Shown one piece after another: positions 8,929-18,061 of a stretch of 25,810 bases of DNA. Numbering within the stretch: position 1 is the stretch's first letter; each line of letters starts with the position of its first letter. Location of the stretch: positions 1 through 25,810 of IMG/VR virus record IMGVR_UViG_3300017914_001834. One strand, written 5' to 3'. Position numbers and translations under genes: made by a program. Below the pieces are notes generated by a model. The model ran no database searches and was not told the origin of the DNA. It saw nothing but the letters and a program-made list of their open reading frames with translations. This stretch comes from a virus (lineage: Duplodnaviria; Caudoviricetes).

Positions 8929-11900
8929 TAGATCGCGAGCTTCCTTCGGACTGATGGAGAATTTCGCATGCGGGCTAGCGTTCTTGCTTCGCCTTGCTTA
9001 CTTGCTTGCATAATAATGTCAGGAAGTTCGCTCTTCTGGATGTACTCGTCTCCGTTGAAGTTCAATACTCCTCCGTTAATGTTGATATTTGGGTTGTAGG
9101 GCTCGGTCTCCTCTCCTGCCATTCCCCCACTTCCGCTCGCACCGCTTCCAGACACCACCTGATCTCCACGCGCTCCGCTTGTCCAACGCTGCAAGCTTGA
9201 TTCCATCTTCGACTCCGGAATTACATACTCGTTCTCACCACCCTCTCCAATTAGCGCTGGCGTCGGTCCCGTCACATACCCGCCCTCGGCAAATCCGAAG
9301 AGGCCTGCACCGAAGCCTCCTCCACTCGCTACTCCCAGGTTGATTCCTCCGAATCCACCGCCACCACCTGACCCCGCTCCAGGGAGGAAAATGCCGAGCA
9401 CTTGCATCATCAGTGCCTTCGCAATCATCTGAGTCGCCATCTCGATAAAGGCACGGCCGATGCTCTTGAACATGTCCGCCATCGCTTCCTCGACGGTTTG
9501 CGTACCCTCGATTACTCCGATAATTGCGCTTGACATCCCCTGCGCTAGCGCTTGTTGCACCGATTGCGCCAAGCTCGCGATCATCGCGCTCGTGTCGCTG
9601 ATCTCGCGCTTCCATTGCATGAACGTCTGCGTGATTGGGTTGCTCAACGCTGCTTGCGCCTGACCCAACTCCTTCACCTTCGCAATCAGCGTGTCGTACG
9701 CAGCGTTCACCTTTGCGATGTCTGCTGGGTCGGTCAGTCCACGGAGGGCTTGCGCTCTCTGCCTCTCGATTGCCAATAGACGGGTCTGAATCGCGATCTG
9801 CTGCTGATTCGCTCCCTTCATTCCCATCTGCAGCTGCAAAATCGTTTGGTCGATCTGCGCTTGAACGTTCTTCGCCTCGTTCTGAACTTCCTGCAGGTTG
9901 TTCAGTGCTCGTTGCGCTGCTGCTACTTCCTGCTTCTTCTCGACCTCGCTTGTCAGGTTCTCTTGCCGCTTCTGAATGGCTTCGGCCATCTTCTCTTCGA
10001 GCTCGACACGCTGCTCGGTCGTAATCACCCCTTCTGATTCCTTCTCCGCCAACGTTTCTCTAATTTGCTGCTCTTCCCTCCTCAGCCGGTTCAGCTCTGC
10101 TTGCTGTTGCGCTTTAATCGCTGCTCCTTCCGGGTTCTCTAGCGGGTTGGCCGCTATCGCTTCCATCTGGGCTCGTATTTGTACGAGCTGGTCGTCGTAT
10201 TGCTCAAGAGGGGCGGTATCAAATACACCCTGGAACGTGGCCTCAAATGCCGCCGCGATTTCGTCGTCCTTTAGGTCCGTCTTCAGCTGATCCACCAGAC
10301 GGGTCATCTGTTCGACTGCACCGATAGCTCCCTGCACTCCACTTGCATCAACACTCATGTCCGTGTTGGGTGCTTCAGGACCGTTGCCCGTTGTTGGCGT
10401 GCTCGGTTGAGTGCTTCCTCCGCTCGTGAAGTTCGCTGTACCCACGCGGCTCATCACATCGTCCACGTATTCCTTGATGGAGGGGTACGGATCGCCGTTG
10501 TAAGACTGCGCACGGGTGTCCATATGCAGGCCGGGTTGGCCGGAGTACCACTCCGATGCAGCACGACGCATGGCCTCTTCGTCGCTGTAGCCCTTCGAGA
10601 TCGAATCGTTCAGCATGTCCTTGAATCGACCAAGGATCACTTTCATCTGAGCGTCCGTGTCATTCCGGAACTGTTCTTGAGTCAGCCTCTTGCCGAGATA
10701 TCTCTCTGTCCATGGGCCGATGTTCTCCGGCATCACCTGACCCAGACCCGTCGCTCCCGAGCCCGAAGCATTCGACGCCCTGGAATTACCGCCGGATTCC
10801 TTCCCGATAATTGCGTTGGCCAGCTGGCTGACCATGTCGTCGCCCTCGAAGGTGCGGTTGCCTCCGCCACTAGACCGCGCAGTTGCAGCCTCTTTTGCCT
10901 TCTCGGCTTGGTAATCGGCTACTTCCTTCTGGTATTTGCCCATCTTCTTCTGCAGCTCTGCAATCTGCTTCTGGATTTGCAGCTGATAATCAGCCGCTTC
11001 CTTCGACAGGTTGGCCATTGCGATCTCTAGTTCCTTCTCCCGTGCAGCAATGTCCAGCTCACCTCGCATCTTCGTGCTGAGGTACTTGTTCAGGTTCTCA
11101 AGGAATGCGCGACTCGCTCCTTCTTCACCCTCTAAACGCTTTGCGTTGCGGCGCTCTTCCTGACGAATTAAAAGCTCCCCACGCAGGCGTTCGGCCTCGA
11201 CGCCTAGTCGTGCCGCTTGTTGCCTATATCGGAATTCGTCATCGATTAACTGCTTGCGGAGATTTGCAAGCTCCTTCTCCATCGACTGACGGTTCTCGGA
11301 CATCGTCCGGACCAGATCCTCATCATTCTTCTTCTTGCGCTGCGCATCGCGCTTCTCGATGATCTCGTTGTACTTCTCACGCTCTTTCTGTAGTTCCGCA
11401 AGCCTCTTCTTATCGTTGCGGAGGGCGCTGTTCCCGCTCATCGCTGTCGCGGGTAGGCGGTTGGGGTCGTTGATTGCGTCGTTCAGCTTGTTGATCTCTT
11501 CCGTCAACTCCCCGACTTTTTGAATCGCTTTGTTGTAAGCGGTGTCAGCCAGTGTCTCTAAGTACTGCTTATACGCTTTCTCGGTAGTGGTAAGGGTCTT
11601 CTCCTGATCACTAAATTTCTGGTTGAGCTCATCAATTGCTGCGTTCGCCCTGTTGTAAGCAGCGATCTCGGCTTGCTTCGCTTGGAAATCACCAATGATC
11701 TTCATCACAGCTGCGATGATCAGCTGTATCGCGATTAATTTCGCTGCGAAAATTGCAAATCCGGCGATAGCACCCTTAATTCCCTTGGCTAGTGCTCCCA
11801 CTCCGCCCGCCATCGTGGTGGCAGCAGCCCCAGCTCGCTTCGCTTTGACTGCTGTCTTGTCCAAGCTCACACCCAGGCTTTCGATGCTTGCCTGGAACTT

Positions 11901-13676
11901 TTTGATCCTTGGATCCGTACTCGTGAGCGTGGCGGCAAAGGCTTGTAGAGCTACCGACATCTTCTGGAAGGCAGCGCTAACCGCTAAGGCCAACCTCCCA
12001 AACGTCAATTTGACTTGAGTGACGAAGCGGGTAAAGAAGGCAGTGACAGGAGCCCACGCCTTCAGAATCGTCCCGCCAACCAGCGCGAGTTTGATCAGAC
12101 CTGTGACGCCTGTTGCGTCAAGGACTTTCATCGTTGCGGTCAGCTGCGCGAAGTACTGAACAATTGGCTGCTGCAGCAACTTGCCGTAAAGACCCAACAG
12201 GTTGCTGAATAATTGGATGATTGGAGTAAGGACTCGCGCTAGTTGTCCCAACGTCTGGACTAAGGCCTTGAATACTTCAATCGAAATATCCGCAAATCCA
12301 ACCGCTAAGCCCGCAAGACCTTTGCCTAACGCCAGTACTGCTTCCGTAATTTGCTCAAACAGATCCGTTACAGGACCAAGCAGCTGGATGATGTCGTCCT
12401 GAATGGTCGAGAACGCGCTCGCTACTGCGGTTTGGAGCTTTGTTGCTAAGCCCTCGAAACTCAGGTTCGCGAAAATGTCCGCACTACCGAGACCGCCGGC
12501 TACCAACGTCAAAATCGAGGCAATTGCTTCCCCTCCCGCACTCGCAATGTCCTTCAGCTGCTTGAAAATGCTGAAGAGTGAGTCGAATACGAGCGATAGG
12601 CCAGACAGCAGGGGCTTAAGCAGAGGCTTGCCCGCGAGCCGGCCGACTTCCTCGAAGATCTCCGCGATGTTGGAGACCACACCAGAGAAGCTTTGCGCTG
12701 CGATCTTTTGACCCGCAACCGAGGCCGCTAATCGCTTGTCCAAAAAGCCCATCAGCCCTTCGGCTGTGCTCTTCGCTTTCTGTACGTCCTCGTTCGTGAT
12801 ACCCAGGGCTTTTGCCAGGTAGGAGTCCTGCGTGATGTCGCCGCGCAGGATTGATCCGATCTCCTGCCGTGCCTGGTACAGCGGGATGCCGAAGGTGCCG
12901 AGTGCTGCGGAGAATTGGATTGCCAGGTCTTCTGCATCTTCGAGACCGCCACCGATTTGGCCGATCTGCTGCGCCACCATCCCGAAGACTTCGATCACAT
13001 CGTTGGATGTGACTCCGGCCAGATCCAAGGAACGCTCTCGGATGCTGTCGATGTTGCTTTCGATCTGACTCGTCAGCGTGACGATTTTTTCGTAGGGGTC
13101 GGTGATCTCCTGGCTGCCCTTGAACACCTTGCTGGTACTGGCCAGTGCGGCCTGGGTCTTCAGGATCGTTTCCTGCAGCTGGATTTCACGGCCGATCGTT
13201 GCGTTGAAGAAGGCTGTGTAGGCGCTGCCGAGAATGCCAACGGCTTCCTTGACCGCATAGATCGCAAAGCCAACCTTGGCCAGATTCGTGATCAGGGTAT
13301 TGGCTGCACCACCCGCTGTTTTCAGGCTCGTGGCAAGGATGTTGCCCGCTTTGGCTCCCTCCTTCAGACCCGCTGCGGCTTGGGGTGCATTAGCTGCAAC
13401 CTTCGCTGTGCCTGCTGCTAAGTCCTCGATGTCTTGGACTCTCTCGCCAAGTCCAGGTACTTTTTTACTTATGTTGTAAAAGGTTTTGATATTGTTGGCG
13501 GCTTCTTTTACGCCTGCGTTGATCTTTTTATAGTTCTTTTGAATGTCTGCGAGGTTTGTTACCCCGATTTTTATACTTCTATCCTTTGTTGCCTTATCCG
13601 CTATCCGATCAGTCTTGACGAGTTGCGCATTTGCCTGCTGCGTGTCAGCCGAGACCCTGATTTGATAGTCAGCCAC
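8928..13676 (-). CDS. Tail tape measure protein with an internal lytic transglycosylase (SLT) domain, 1582 aa
   Basis: Long Ala/Leu-rich helical and coiled-coil protein following the chaperone pair. SLT motifs 'IIGKESGGN' and 'GATGLGQVMP'; typical C-terminal 'FAEGGYVTGPTPALIGEGGENEYVIP'. Confidence 0.92.
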   Translation of the reverse strand: MADYQIRVSADTQQANAQLVKTDRIADKATKDRSIKIGVTNLADIQKNYKKINAGVKEAANNIKTFYNISKKVPGLGERVQDIEDLAAGTAKVAANAPQAAAGLKEGAKAGNILATSLKTAGGAANTLITNLAKVGFAIYAVKEAVGILGSAYTAFFNATIGREIQLQETILKTQAALASTSKVFKGSQEITDPYEKIVTLTSQIESNIDSIRERSLDLAGVTSNDVIEVFGMVAQQIGQIGGGLEDAEDLAIQFSAALGTFGIPLYQARQEIGSILRGDITQDSYLAKALGITNEDVQKAKSTAEGLMGFLDKRLAASVAGQKIAAQSFSGVVSNIAEIFEEVGRLAGKPLLKPLLSGLSLVFDSLFSIFKQLKDIASAGGEAIASILTLVAGGLGSADIFANLSFEGLATKLQTAVASAFSTIQDDIIQLLGPVTDLFEQITEAVLALGKGLAGLAVGFADISIEVFKALVQTLGQLARVLTPIIQLFSNLLGLYGKLLQQPIVQYFAQLTATMKVLDATGVTGLIKLALVGGTILKAWAPVTAFFTRFVTQVKLTFGRLALAVSAAFQKMSVALQAFAATLTSTDPRIKKFQASIESLGVSLDKTAVKAKRAGAAATTMAGGVGALAKGIKGAIAGFAIFAAKLIAIQLIIAAVMKIIGDFQAKQAEIAAYNRANAAIDELNQKFSDQEKTLTTTEKAYKQYLETLADTAYNKAIQKVGELTEEINKLNDAINDPNRLPATAMSGNSALRNDKKRLAELQKEREKYNEIIEKRDAQRKKKNDEDLVRTMSENRQSMEKELANLRKQLIDDEFRYRQQAARLGVEAERLRGELLIRQEERRNAKRLEGEEGASRAFLENLNKYLSTKMRGELDIAAREKELEIAMANLSKEAADYQLQIQKQIAELQKKMGKYQKEVADYQAEKAKEAATARSSGGGNRTFEGDDMVSQLANAIIGKESGGNSRASNASGSGATGLGQVMPENIGPWTERYLGKRLTQEQFRNDTDAQMKVILGRFKDMLNDSISKGYSDEEAMRRAASEWYSGQPGLHMDTRAQSYNGDPYPSIKEYVDDVMSRVGTANFTSGGSTQPSTPTTGNGPEAPNTDMSVDASGVQGAIGAVEQMTRLVDQLKTDLKDDEIAAAFEATFQGVFDTAPLEQYDDQLVQIRAQMEAIAANPLENPEGAAIKAQQQAELNRLRREEQQIRETLAEKESEGVITTEQRVELEEKMAEAIQKRQENLTSEVEKKQEVAAAQRALNNLQEVQNEAKNVQAQIDQTILQLQMGMKGANQQQIAIQTRLLAIERQRAQALRGLTDPADIAKVNAAYDTLIAKVKELGQAQAALSNPITQTFMQWKREISDTSAMIASLAQSVQQALAQGMSSAIIGVIEGTQTVEEAMADMFKSIGRAFIEMATQMIAKALMMQVLGIFLPGAGSGGGGGFGGINLGVASGGGFGAGLFGFAEGGYVTGPTPALIGEGGENEYVIPESKMESSLQRWTSGARGDQVVSGSGASGSGGMAGEETEPYNPNININGGVLNFNGDEYIQKSELPDIIMQASKQGEARTLARMRNSPSVRRKLAI

Positions 13677-13706
13677 TGACTGTCTCGCCTAACCGATATT
13701 CGTATT

Positions 13707-14192
13707 TTACGAGTCGCGTTCTGCTCGATTGTTCAGCGCCACGTAAACATGCATCGGGATCTGGAACGATCGGATCAGTTCCGTCAATACAAATTTCGTG
13801 GGCTCACTCGGTCCATCGCTCTCGGCTGAAGGCGGACGGTAGTCGGGGAACGGCAGGAAGTCTGTCGGCTTCGTCTGCGGGGGACTCTTCTTTGAGCCCG
13901 AGAAGCCGTGCGCGATCTTCAGCATCATGTCTGCCATTCGCGCAGCGGTAATCGACTCCATATTCGCTTTCACCTGATCCATGTCATCCAATTTCTCCAG
14001 CACCCACCGGATTACTGAAATTGGAGTGCGCAGAAACTTTCCGCGCGGGAAGTCCGCCCCCATCGGCGATACACGGATTCGAAAGTAGATCTGCTCCCAG
14101 TCCGGTTCGGGACTGCGGAGATACTCCCCGATCTCTTCGAGCTCCTGCTCTGGAGTAATTACTCGTCGACTACGACCTCGGTGGGCTCCTCC
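13707..14192 (-). CDS. Tail assembly chaperone C-terminal part (gpT-like), expected as a -1 frameshift fusion with 14159-14683 (~325 aa)
   Basis: Overlaps the upstream ORF in the -1 frame and sits directly before the TMP. In-frame A AAA AAG at 14198-14192. Confidence 0.8.
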   Translation of the reverse strand, partial: GGAHRGRSRRVITPEQELEEIGEYLRSPEPDWEQIYFRIRVSPMGADFPRGKFLRTPISVIRWVLEKLDDMDQVKANMESITAARMADMMLKIAHGFSGSKKSPPQTKPTDFLPFPDYRPPSAESDGPSEPTKFVLTELIRSFQIPMHVYVALNNRAERDS

Positions 14193-14680
14193 TTTTTTGG
14201 CCAACCATCCCGCTCCCACAGGATCAGGGTGAAGATCTCTTCCAAAATCTTGGCGGGCATGGCTTCAGTGTCTTCCACGCTCCAGTCGGACAGCTTCTCC
14301 CACTTGCGCTTGCCGTTCAGCTGCGCTTCGCCCCGGTACTGCATGAACAGGGTCACGAAGGAAACCTTCTGCTCAACCGCTCCAACGTTGTCGGCTTGGA
14401 GTTCTTCGAGCTCGGGAGCGAAGTCGTAGACCAACTCCTCCGTTCCCTCTTCTCCAATCTTCGAAAGCAGCTCGACCGCTTCCTTAGTTCCAATACCCTT
14501 CGCCTTCCCGATCTTTTGGGCCACCTTGATTGACTTGAAGGTGTTTTTGCTCTGCTGACGGGTGATGAGCTCCATCCCCTTTGATTCGCCAGGCACCAAA
14601 TCGTGATACACCGGGAAACGAAATGGGGCGATCTCGTAATACTCCTCAGGGGAGAAGAGGATTGAGGCGTATTTCGACAT
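14159..14680 (-). CDS. Tail assembly chaperone (gpG-like)
   Basis: Acidic protein of about 173 aa between tail tube and TMP, with a slippery heptamer near its 3' end. ATG at 14680. Confidence 0.8.
   Translation of the reverse strand: MSKYASILFSPEEYYEIAPFRFPVYHDLVPGESKGMELITRQQSKNTFKSIKVAQKIGKAKGIGTKEAVELLSKIGEEGTEELVYDFAPELEELQADNVGAVEQKVSFVTLFMQYRGEAQLNGKRKWEKLSDWSVEDTEAMPAKILEEIFTLILWERDGWPKKEEPTEVVVDE
14192..14198 (-). other. -1 ribosomal frameshift slippery site A AAA AAG (tail chaperone)
   Basis: CCA AAA AAG GAG in frame 0; the -1 frame continues KKGGAHR... into the 13707 ORF. Confidence 0.8.
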
Positions 14681-14702
14681 CAAGAGCTCTGGTTCTTCTT
14701 GA

Positions 14703-14708
14703 ATTATA
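14703..14708 (-). promoter_or_regulatory. Consensus -10 box TATAAT upstream of the tail chaperone gene
   Basis: Perfect TATAAT in an intergenic gap, 22 nt before ATG 14680 and downstream of the terminator. Confidence 0.6.
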
Positions 14709-14718
14709 CGGATAGCGG

Positions 14719-14955
14719 TTATTCAGACAGCTTTCGCCGGGGCAACTCGATGTTCCACGCTCGGTAACTGTCGATCCGGTTTAGGAGTTCCTCCGGTAAT
14801 ACGACCTCGATCGTCATTTCCTTACTCTGTAAGCGTATATTTGGTGTGGGGATCATCGGCTCCAGGTAGAACGCGCCGCAGCGGAGCGTGTCGTCTTCTA
14901 CCTGGCAGTTGACCGCATACGCCAAATTGATTGGGTTCTTCAGAAGGTCAATCAT
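14719..14955 (-). CDS. Hypothetical protein, 78 aa (MIDLLKNPINLAYAVNC...)
   Basis: Fills the gap between tail tube and chaperone genes. I prefer ATG 14955 because the track start (15111) overlaps the tube gene and crosses the terminator. Confidence 0.6.
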   Translation of the reverse strand: MIDLLKNPINLAYAVNCQVEDDTLRCGAFYLEPMIPTPNIRLQSKEMTIEVVLPEELLNRIDSYRAWNIELPRRKLSE

Positions 14956-14956
14956 G

Positions 14957-14979
14957 AAAAAACCCCCGCAGAGCGGGGG
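14957..14979 (-). terminator. Rho-independent terminator after the major tail gene
   Basis: Minus strand reads CCCCCGC-TCT-GCGGGGG-TTTTTT, about 30 nt after the tail tube stop codon. Confidence 0.9.
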
Positions 14980-15007
14980 CGAGGTCTCGCTTCTTAAAGC
15001 GTAAGCA

Positions 15008-16012
15008 TCAGGCGGTGCGGAAGCTGATGCGGAATCCTTCAATCGGACGGGATGTTCCGTTTGCATCCGCATTGCCGTTTGCATCCACCGCTTGGGTGAT
15101 TGCTCCGTCAATCGCAGTCAGCACGTACACAGTCCCCGCTGACAGGTCTGCATCCGGATTCACCGTCACCACGTTGCCAGTCAGCGTCACTGCTGCTGCA
15201 ACACGGGCGTTGGTGGATGCCTCGGTCAGGGCAAAGCCTGAACCATCCGGTGTACCCAGCGCCAGCTCGGTCAGCGCAGAGGTGCCATCGCTGGTGTAGG
15301 TCGCAGTCATGCTGCTGCCCACTGCCACGCTGTCTGCGTTGTCCTGAGGAACAGTTTCCACCTGCCGGGTGCCGGGATCCAGGAACAACAGCGTGGACTG
15401 CACGTTGCCGAAGGCAATGGTGCTGGATCCGTTGTTGTAACGGCCAAACACTGGACGACCTCGGGACACCAAGTCGAAGGTGATCTCAGTGAGACCTTCG
15501 GCGTTCATGTTCTCCGCGTAGTTCATGATCACCGCGTTGAAGCCGGTGAAGTCATAAATCCAGTCGCCGCTGTTGCCGTTTGACTGGCCCAGCTCCTTCA
15601 GGAACTCAACGTAGATCTCGTAGTCCTTGTTGTAACGAGCTCGCTGGATCAGGTCGAAGCCCTCGTCGTAGTTGCCTCGGAACTGAGGGCATTGCGCTCC
15701 ACCAGGAATCTCGGCGTCCTTCAGGAAGTAGGTGGTGCAGCTTGCCTGCACACCAGAACCCGTGATCACTGAGTCGTTCCAGCCGTCGTCTCCGAGCAGG
15801 CGGAATTCCTGGTTGTTGTCGTTGATCTGGAAGTTGGTTTGGGTCACACCCTGGATCTCGACGTACTGGTCGCCAGCGTCGAGGGTGGGCAGGGTGATCA
15901 TTCCGCTCGTGTCGCGATCTGCGAAGTAGCGGCAAGGGGCTTGCAAGTCCACGGCCCGGACAATCGTCCTGTGAGCCTTATGGAATGAAAGCCCAATGGC
16001 ATAATCGGCCAT
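15008..16012 (-). CDS. Major tail tube protein with a C-terminal Ig-like (Big_5/SbsA-type) domain, 334 aa
   Basis: Strong RBS (AAGGAG at 16021-16026), high GC3 and a downstream terminator. The C-terminal 'ETVPQDNADSVAV...VTVNPDADLSAGTVYVLT...ISFRT' fits an Ig-like pattern. Confidence 0.8.
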   Translation of the reverse strand: MADYAIGLSFHKAHRTIVRAVDLQAPCRYFADRDTSGMITLPTLDAGDQYVEIQGVTQTNFQINDNNQEFRLLGDDGWNDSVITGSGVQASCTTYFLKDAEIPGGAQCPQFRGNYDEGFDLIQRARYNKDYEIYVEFLKELGQSNGNSGDWIYDFTGFNAVIMNYAENMNAEGLTEITFDLVSRGRPVFGRYNNGSSTIAFGNVQSTLLFLDPGTRQVETVPQDNADSVAVGSSMTATYTSDGTSALTELALGTPDGSGFALTEASTNARVAAAVTLTGNVVTVNPDADLSAGTVYVLTAIDGAITQAVDANGNADANGTSRPIEGFRISFRTA

Positions 16013-16024
16013 GGATTTGACTCC

Positions 16025-16492
16025 TTAGGGGATCGGGGGGTTGATGTACGGGCCGAGGATTCGGGCCGTAAGCGACTCAAAGGTCGCTTCGGTTCGAGGC
16101 AGGTACTGAGCCTGGTCCCGAGGGAAAGTACGAGCCATTCGCCTGCTGATATCCAGCAGGTTCGTCGGCATTTTTGTACCCTCCAAATACCCGTAGTTCG
16201 TAAAGCGAACAAGCCATCTCTCGTAAGAGACAACGCCGCTTGCTGAACCCGGATTAAAGATCTCTGGTACGTCTTGAATGGTGCATTCGATGCCGTCGAT
16301 GTTCCATTCCGAAGGGACCATCACAGCACCCACCACGTAGACAGCCGGAATCACCGTTCCATCCGGAAGGATGTAGCGACCAGGCCAACTGTCCGCTTCA
16401 CGCAGTTCACCGAGCTCGTCATACAAGTTAAGAATGTGAGTCTCAACTGTCGTACGAAGCCAGGTGACTGGTGGGCAAGTCGTAGAGATCAT
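16025..16492 (-). CDS. Putative tail terminator / tail completion protein (~155 aa)
   Basis: Last gene before the tail tube. ATG 16492 overlaps the upstream TGA (ATGA). Called by synteny. Confidence 0.55.
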   Translation of the reverse strand: MISTTCPPVTWLRTTVETHILNLYDELGELREADSWPGRYILPDGTVIPAVYVVGAVMVPSEWNIDGIECTIQDVPEIFNPGSASGVVSYERWLVRFTNYGYLEGTKMPTNLLDISRRMARTFPRDQAQYLPRTEATFESLTARILGPYINPPIP

Positions 16493-16854
16493 TTCTGTTC
16501 CTCCATTGCGGAGCGGAGGAACTCCCCGTACTTCTCGGGCGCTTGCTCCATAGGAGCTTTCGTCCAAGGTCGGCCGGGGAATGGGGCGCGTGATCGGGTG
16601 TTCACTCCGCCCTCGTGAACTTGGCCTGCATACTCAACAGGCCAGGTGAAGATCACCCCATCAACGGTTTCTTCCCTTGTCTGGCTGGCACGGAGCCGAC
16701 CAGTGTCCACGATGTCTCTCACCTGAGGTGGAGTTGGGTAACTCCACTTCGATGCTGAGATCTCTTCCGTAAATCGTTGATCCAGCCACAAACTCAGTTG
16801 ACGCATCGCTTTCGCTTGCGCTACCTGAAATTGCTTGGATAGAGGGACCGCCAT
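16489..16854 (-). CDS. Neck / tail completion protein (HK97 gp10-like)
   Basis: Motifs 'VDTGRLRAS', 'EYAGQVHEG' and 'GRPW'. Confidence 0.75.
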   Translation of the reverse strand: MAVPLSKQFQVAQAKAMRQLSLWLDQRFTEEISASKWSYPTPPQVRDIVDTGRLRASQTREETVDGVIFTWPVEYAGQVHEGGVNTRSRAPFPGRPWTKAPMEQAPEKYGEFLRSAMEEQK

Positions 16855-17258
16855 CACGGACCTCCAATGACTCGGAAGGTTCCTTCGATCGATTGGCGCA
16901 AGTCCACATAATGCGTCTTGTCCATTGCAAGATCGAAGATCAGCTCGAATCGGCCTTCGTAACCATTAATGGTTGCTTCGGCTTGACTCCCGTTCGTAAT
17001 TCGGGGATCGAGCTTTGCGGGGCTAAGCAGTCGGCCACTCGCTGTGTACGTGGTGTTATCCACCCCGGCCTCTCCCTTCCAGTTCGGACGCTGGAGGTTC
17101 ATGGCAGCGAGATACTCGACTGTCTCCTGTGATGACACAGGCGTGATGGTGTTCCCCGTCGCTGAATCGACCTCGTATGTCTGCTCGTTCAGCACAAACT
17201 TGAGTTGTGCATTCCCGTGCGGGGCATACTGCGCAATCGTTTCGGCGGGAATGGCCAT
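16854..17258 (-). CDS. Putative head closure / head completion protein (~134 aa)
   Basis: Follows the adaptor gene. ATG 17258 is coupled to the upstream stop (TGATG). Beta-rich; called by synteny. Confidence 0.55.
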   Translation of the reverse strand: MAIPAETIAQYAPHGNAQLKFVLNEQTYEVDSATGNTITPVSSQETVEYLAAMNLQRPNWKGEAGVDNTTYTASGRLLSPAKLDPRITNGSQAEATINGYEGRFELIFDLAMDKTHYVDLRQSIEGTFRVIGGP

Positions 17259-17581
17259 CAGAACGTCCACCCGCATATAGGAAGGCTGTCAAGCAGCCTC
17301 ATGTACTCCTGCCCGTACAACGTTGAGTCGACACCCACAGCAAAAGGAGAGCCAGAAACACTCCCTACTTGCGTGCCTACTTGCACCGTTCTCGTGGCAA
17401 GGATGTGGGCTGTCAGGTAGTTGATCGCGTCGTACCGGACACCCGGCTCGATGCGCTTCTTCCAGCCCACCTCAGGACAAAAACGAATGGCTTCGGCCAA
17501 CGCTCCACTGACAACGAGCTCGGATTGCTCCCCGAATTCGGGGAAACGAGCCAGAAATTCAGCGGTGGTTGGCACGGCCAT
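17258..17581 (-). CDS. Head-tail adaptor, DUF4054-like, 107 aa
   Basis: Motifs 'FLARFPEF', 'LTAHIL' and 'STLYGQEY'. This is the usual position in DUF2213/DUF2184 phages. Confidence 0.8.
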   Translation of the reverse strand: MAVPTTAEFLARFPEFGEQSELVVSGALAEAIRFCPEVGWKKRIEPGVRYDAINYLTAHILATRTVQVGTQVGSVSGSPFAVGVDSTLYGQEYMRLLDSLPICGWTF

Positions 17582-18006
17582 CAGCCTCGGCCCTCCGTAA
17601 TCGCTGCTTTACGGGCAGCAATTGCGTTCTTCACTCGGATCCTTTGCTCCTTTGCATCCCATTTGCTGAGTTGCTCTAGATCAAAGCTCGCTTCCACAAG
17701 GCTCAATGCCTCAGTCAGCTTGATGTCGGTGATGCTTTCTGCCTGCATTGCAGACGGAGTGACCGCGATCTCGGGGCTCTCCTTCTCTTCGCTCACTACA
17801 AGAGCTCCAAGGCTTAGTAGACGAGTGACGATCGGATAATCCTTGATCTTGGCCCACACCTTCTCGTCAAAATTGCGGGTTACTCCGCTATTTAGACGGA
17901 CGTATCCGACCTTTCTTGCACCACCATCAGGCAAAAAGGAGAAGCCCACTGAGCACTCCTTGGCCATTGGGGGGTTTTCTAGTTCGGGGCGGTACGTGAT
18001 GATCAT
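17581..18006 (-). CDS. Hypothetical head-associated protein (~141 aa)
   Basis: Lies between capsid and adaptor genes and is coupled to the downstream start. ATG 18006 is 27 nt after a TATGAT box. Confidence 0.65.
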   Translation of the reverse strand: MIITYRPELENPPMAKECSVGFSFLPDGGARKVGYVRLNSGVTRNFDEKVWAKIKDYPIVTRLLSLGALVVSEEKESPEIAVTPSAMQAESITDIKLTEALSLVEASFDLEQLSKWDAKEQRIRVKNAIAARKAAITEGRG

Positions 18007-18061
18007 GGTCCGGTGAAGTTGATGCTCCAACCAATCATAAATTGGTTAGATCAGGTCAAAG

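Noticed and set aside
10407-13421. Long plus-strand ORFs (207 aa, 168 aa and others) opposite the tape measure gene
   Set aside because: They are antisense shadows of a GC3-rich gene, with no recognisable motifs.
13460-13466. Fourth AAAAAAG heptamer near the start of the tape measure gene
   Set aside because: It is phased AGT AAA AAA GTA, not X XXY YYZ, so it is not in the shift-prone frame.
14956-15111. 130-aa version of the 14719 ORF
   Set aside because: It would overlap the tail tube gene by about 100 nt and run through the terminator.
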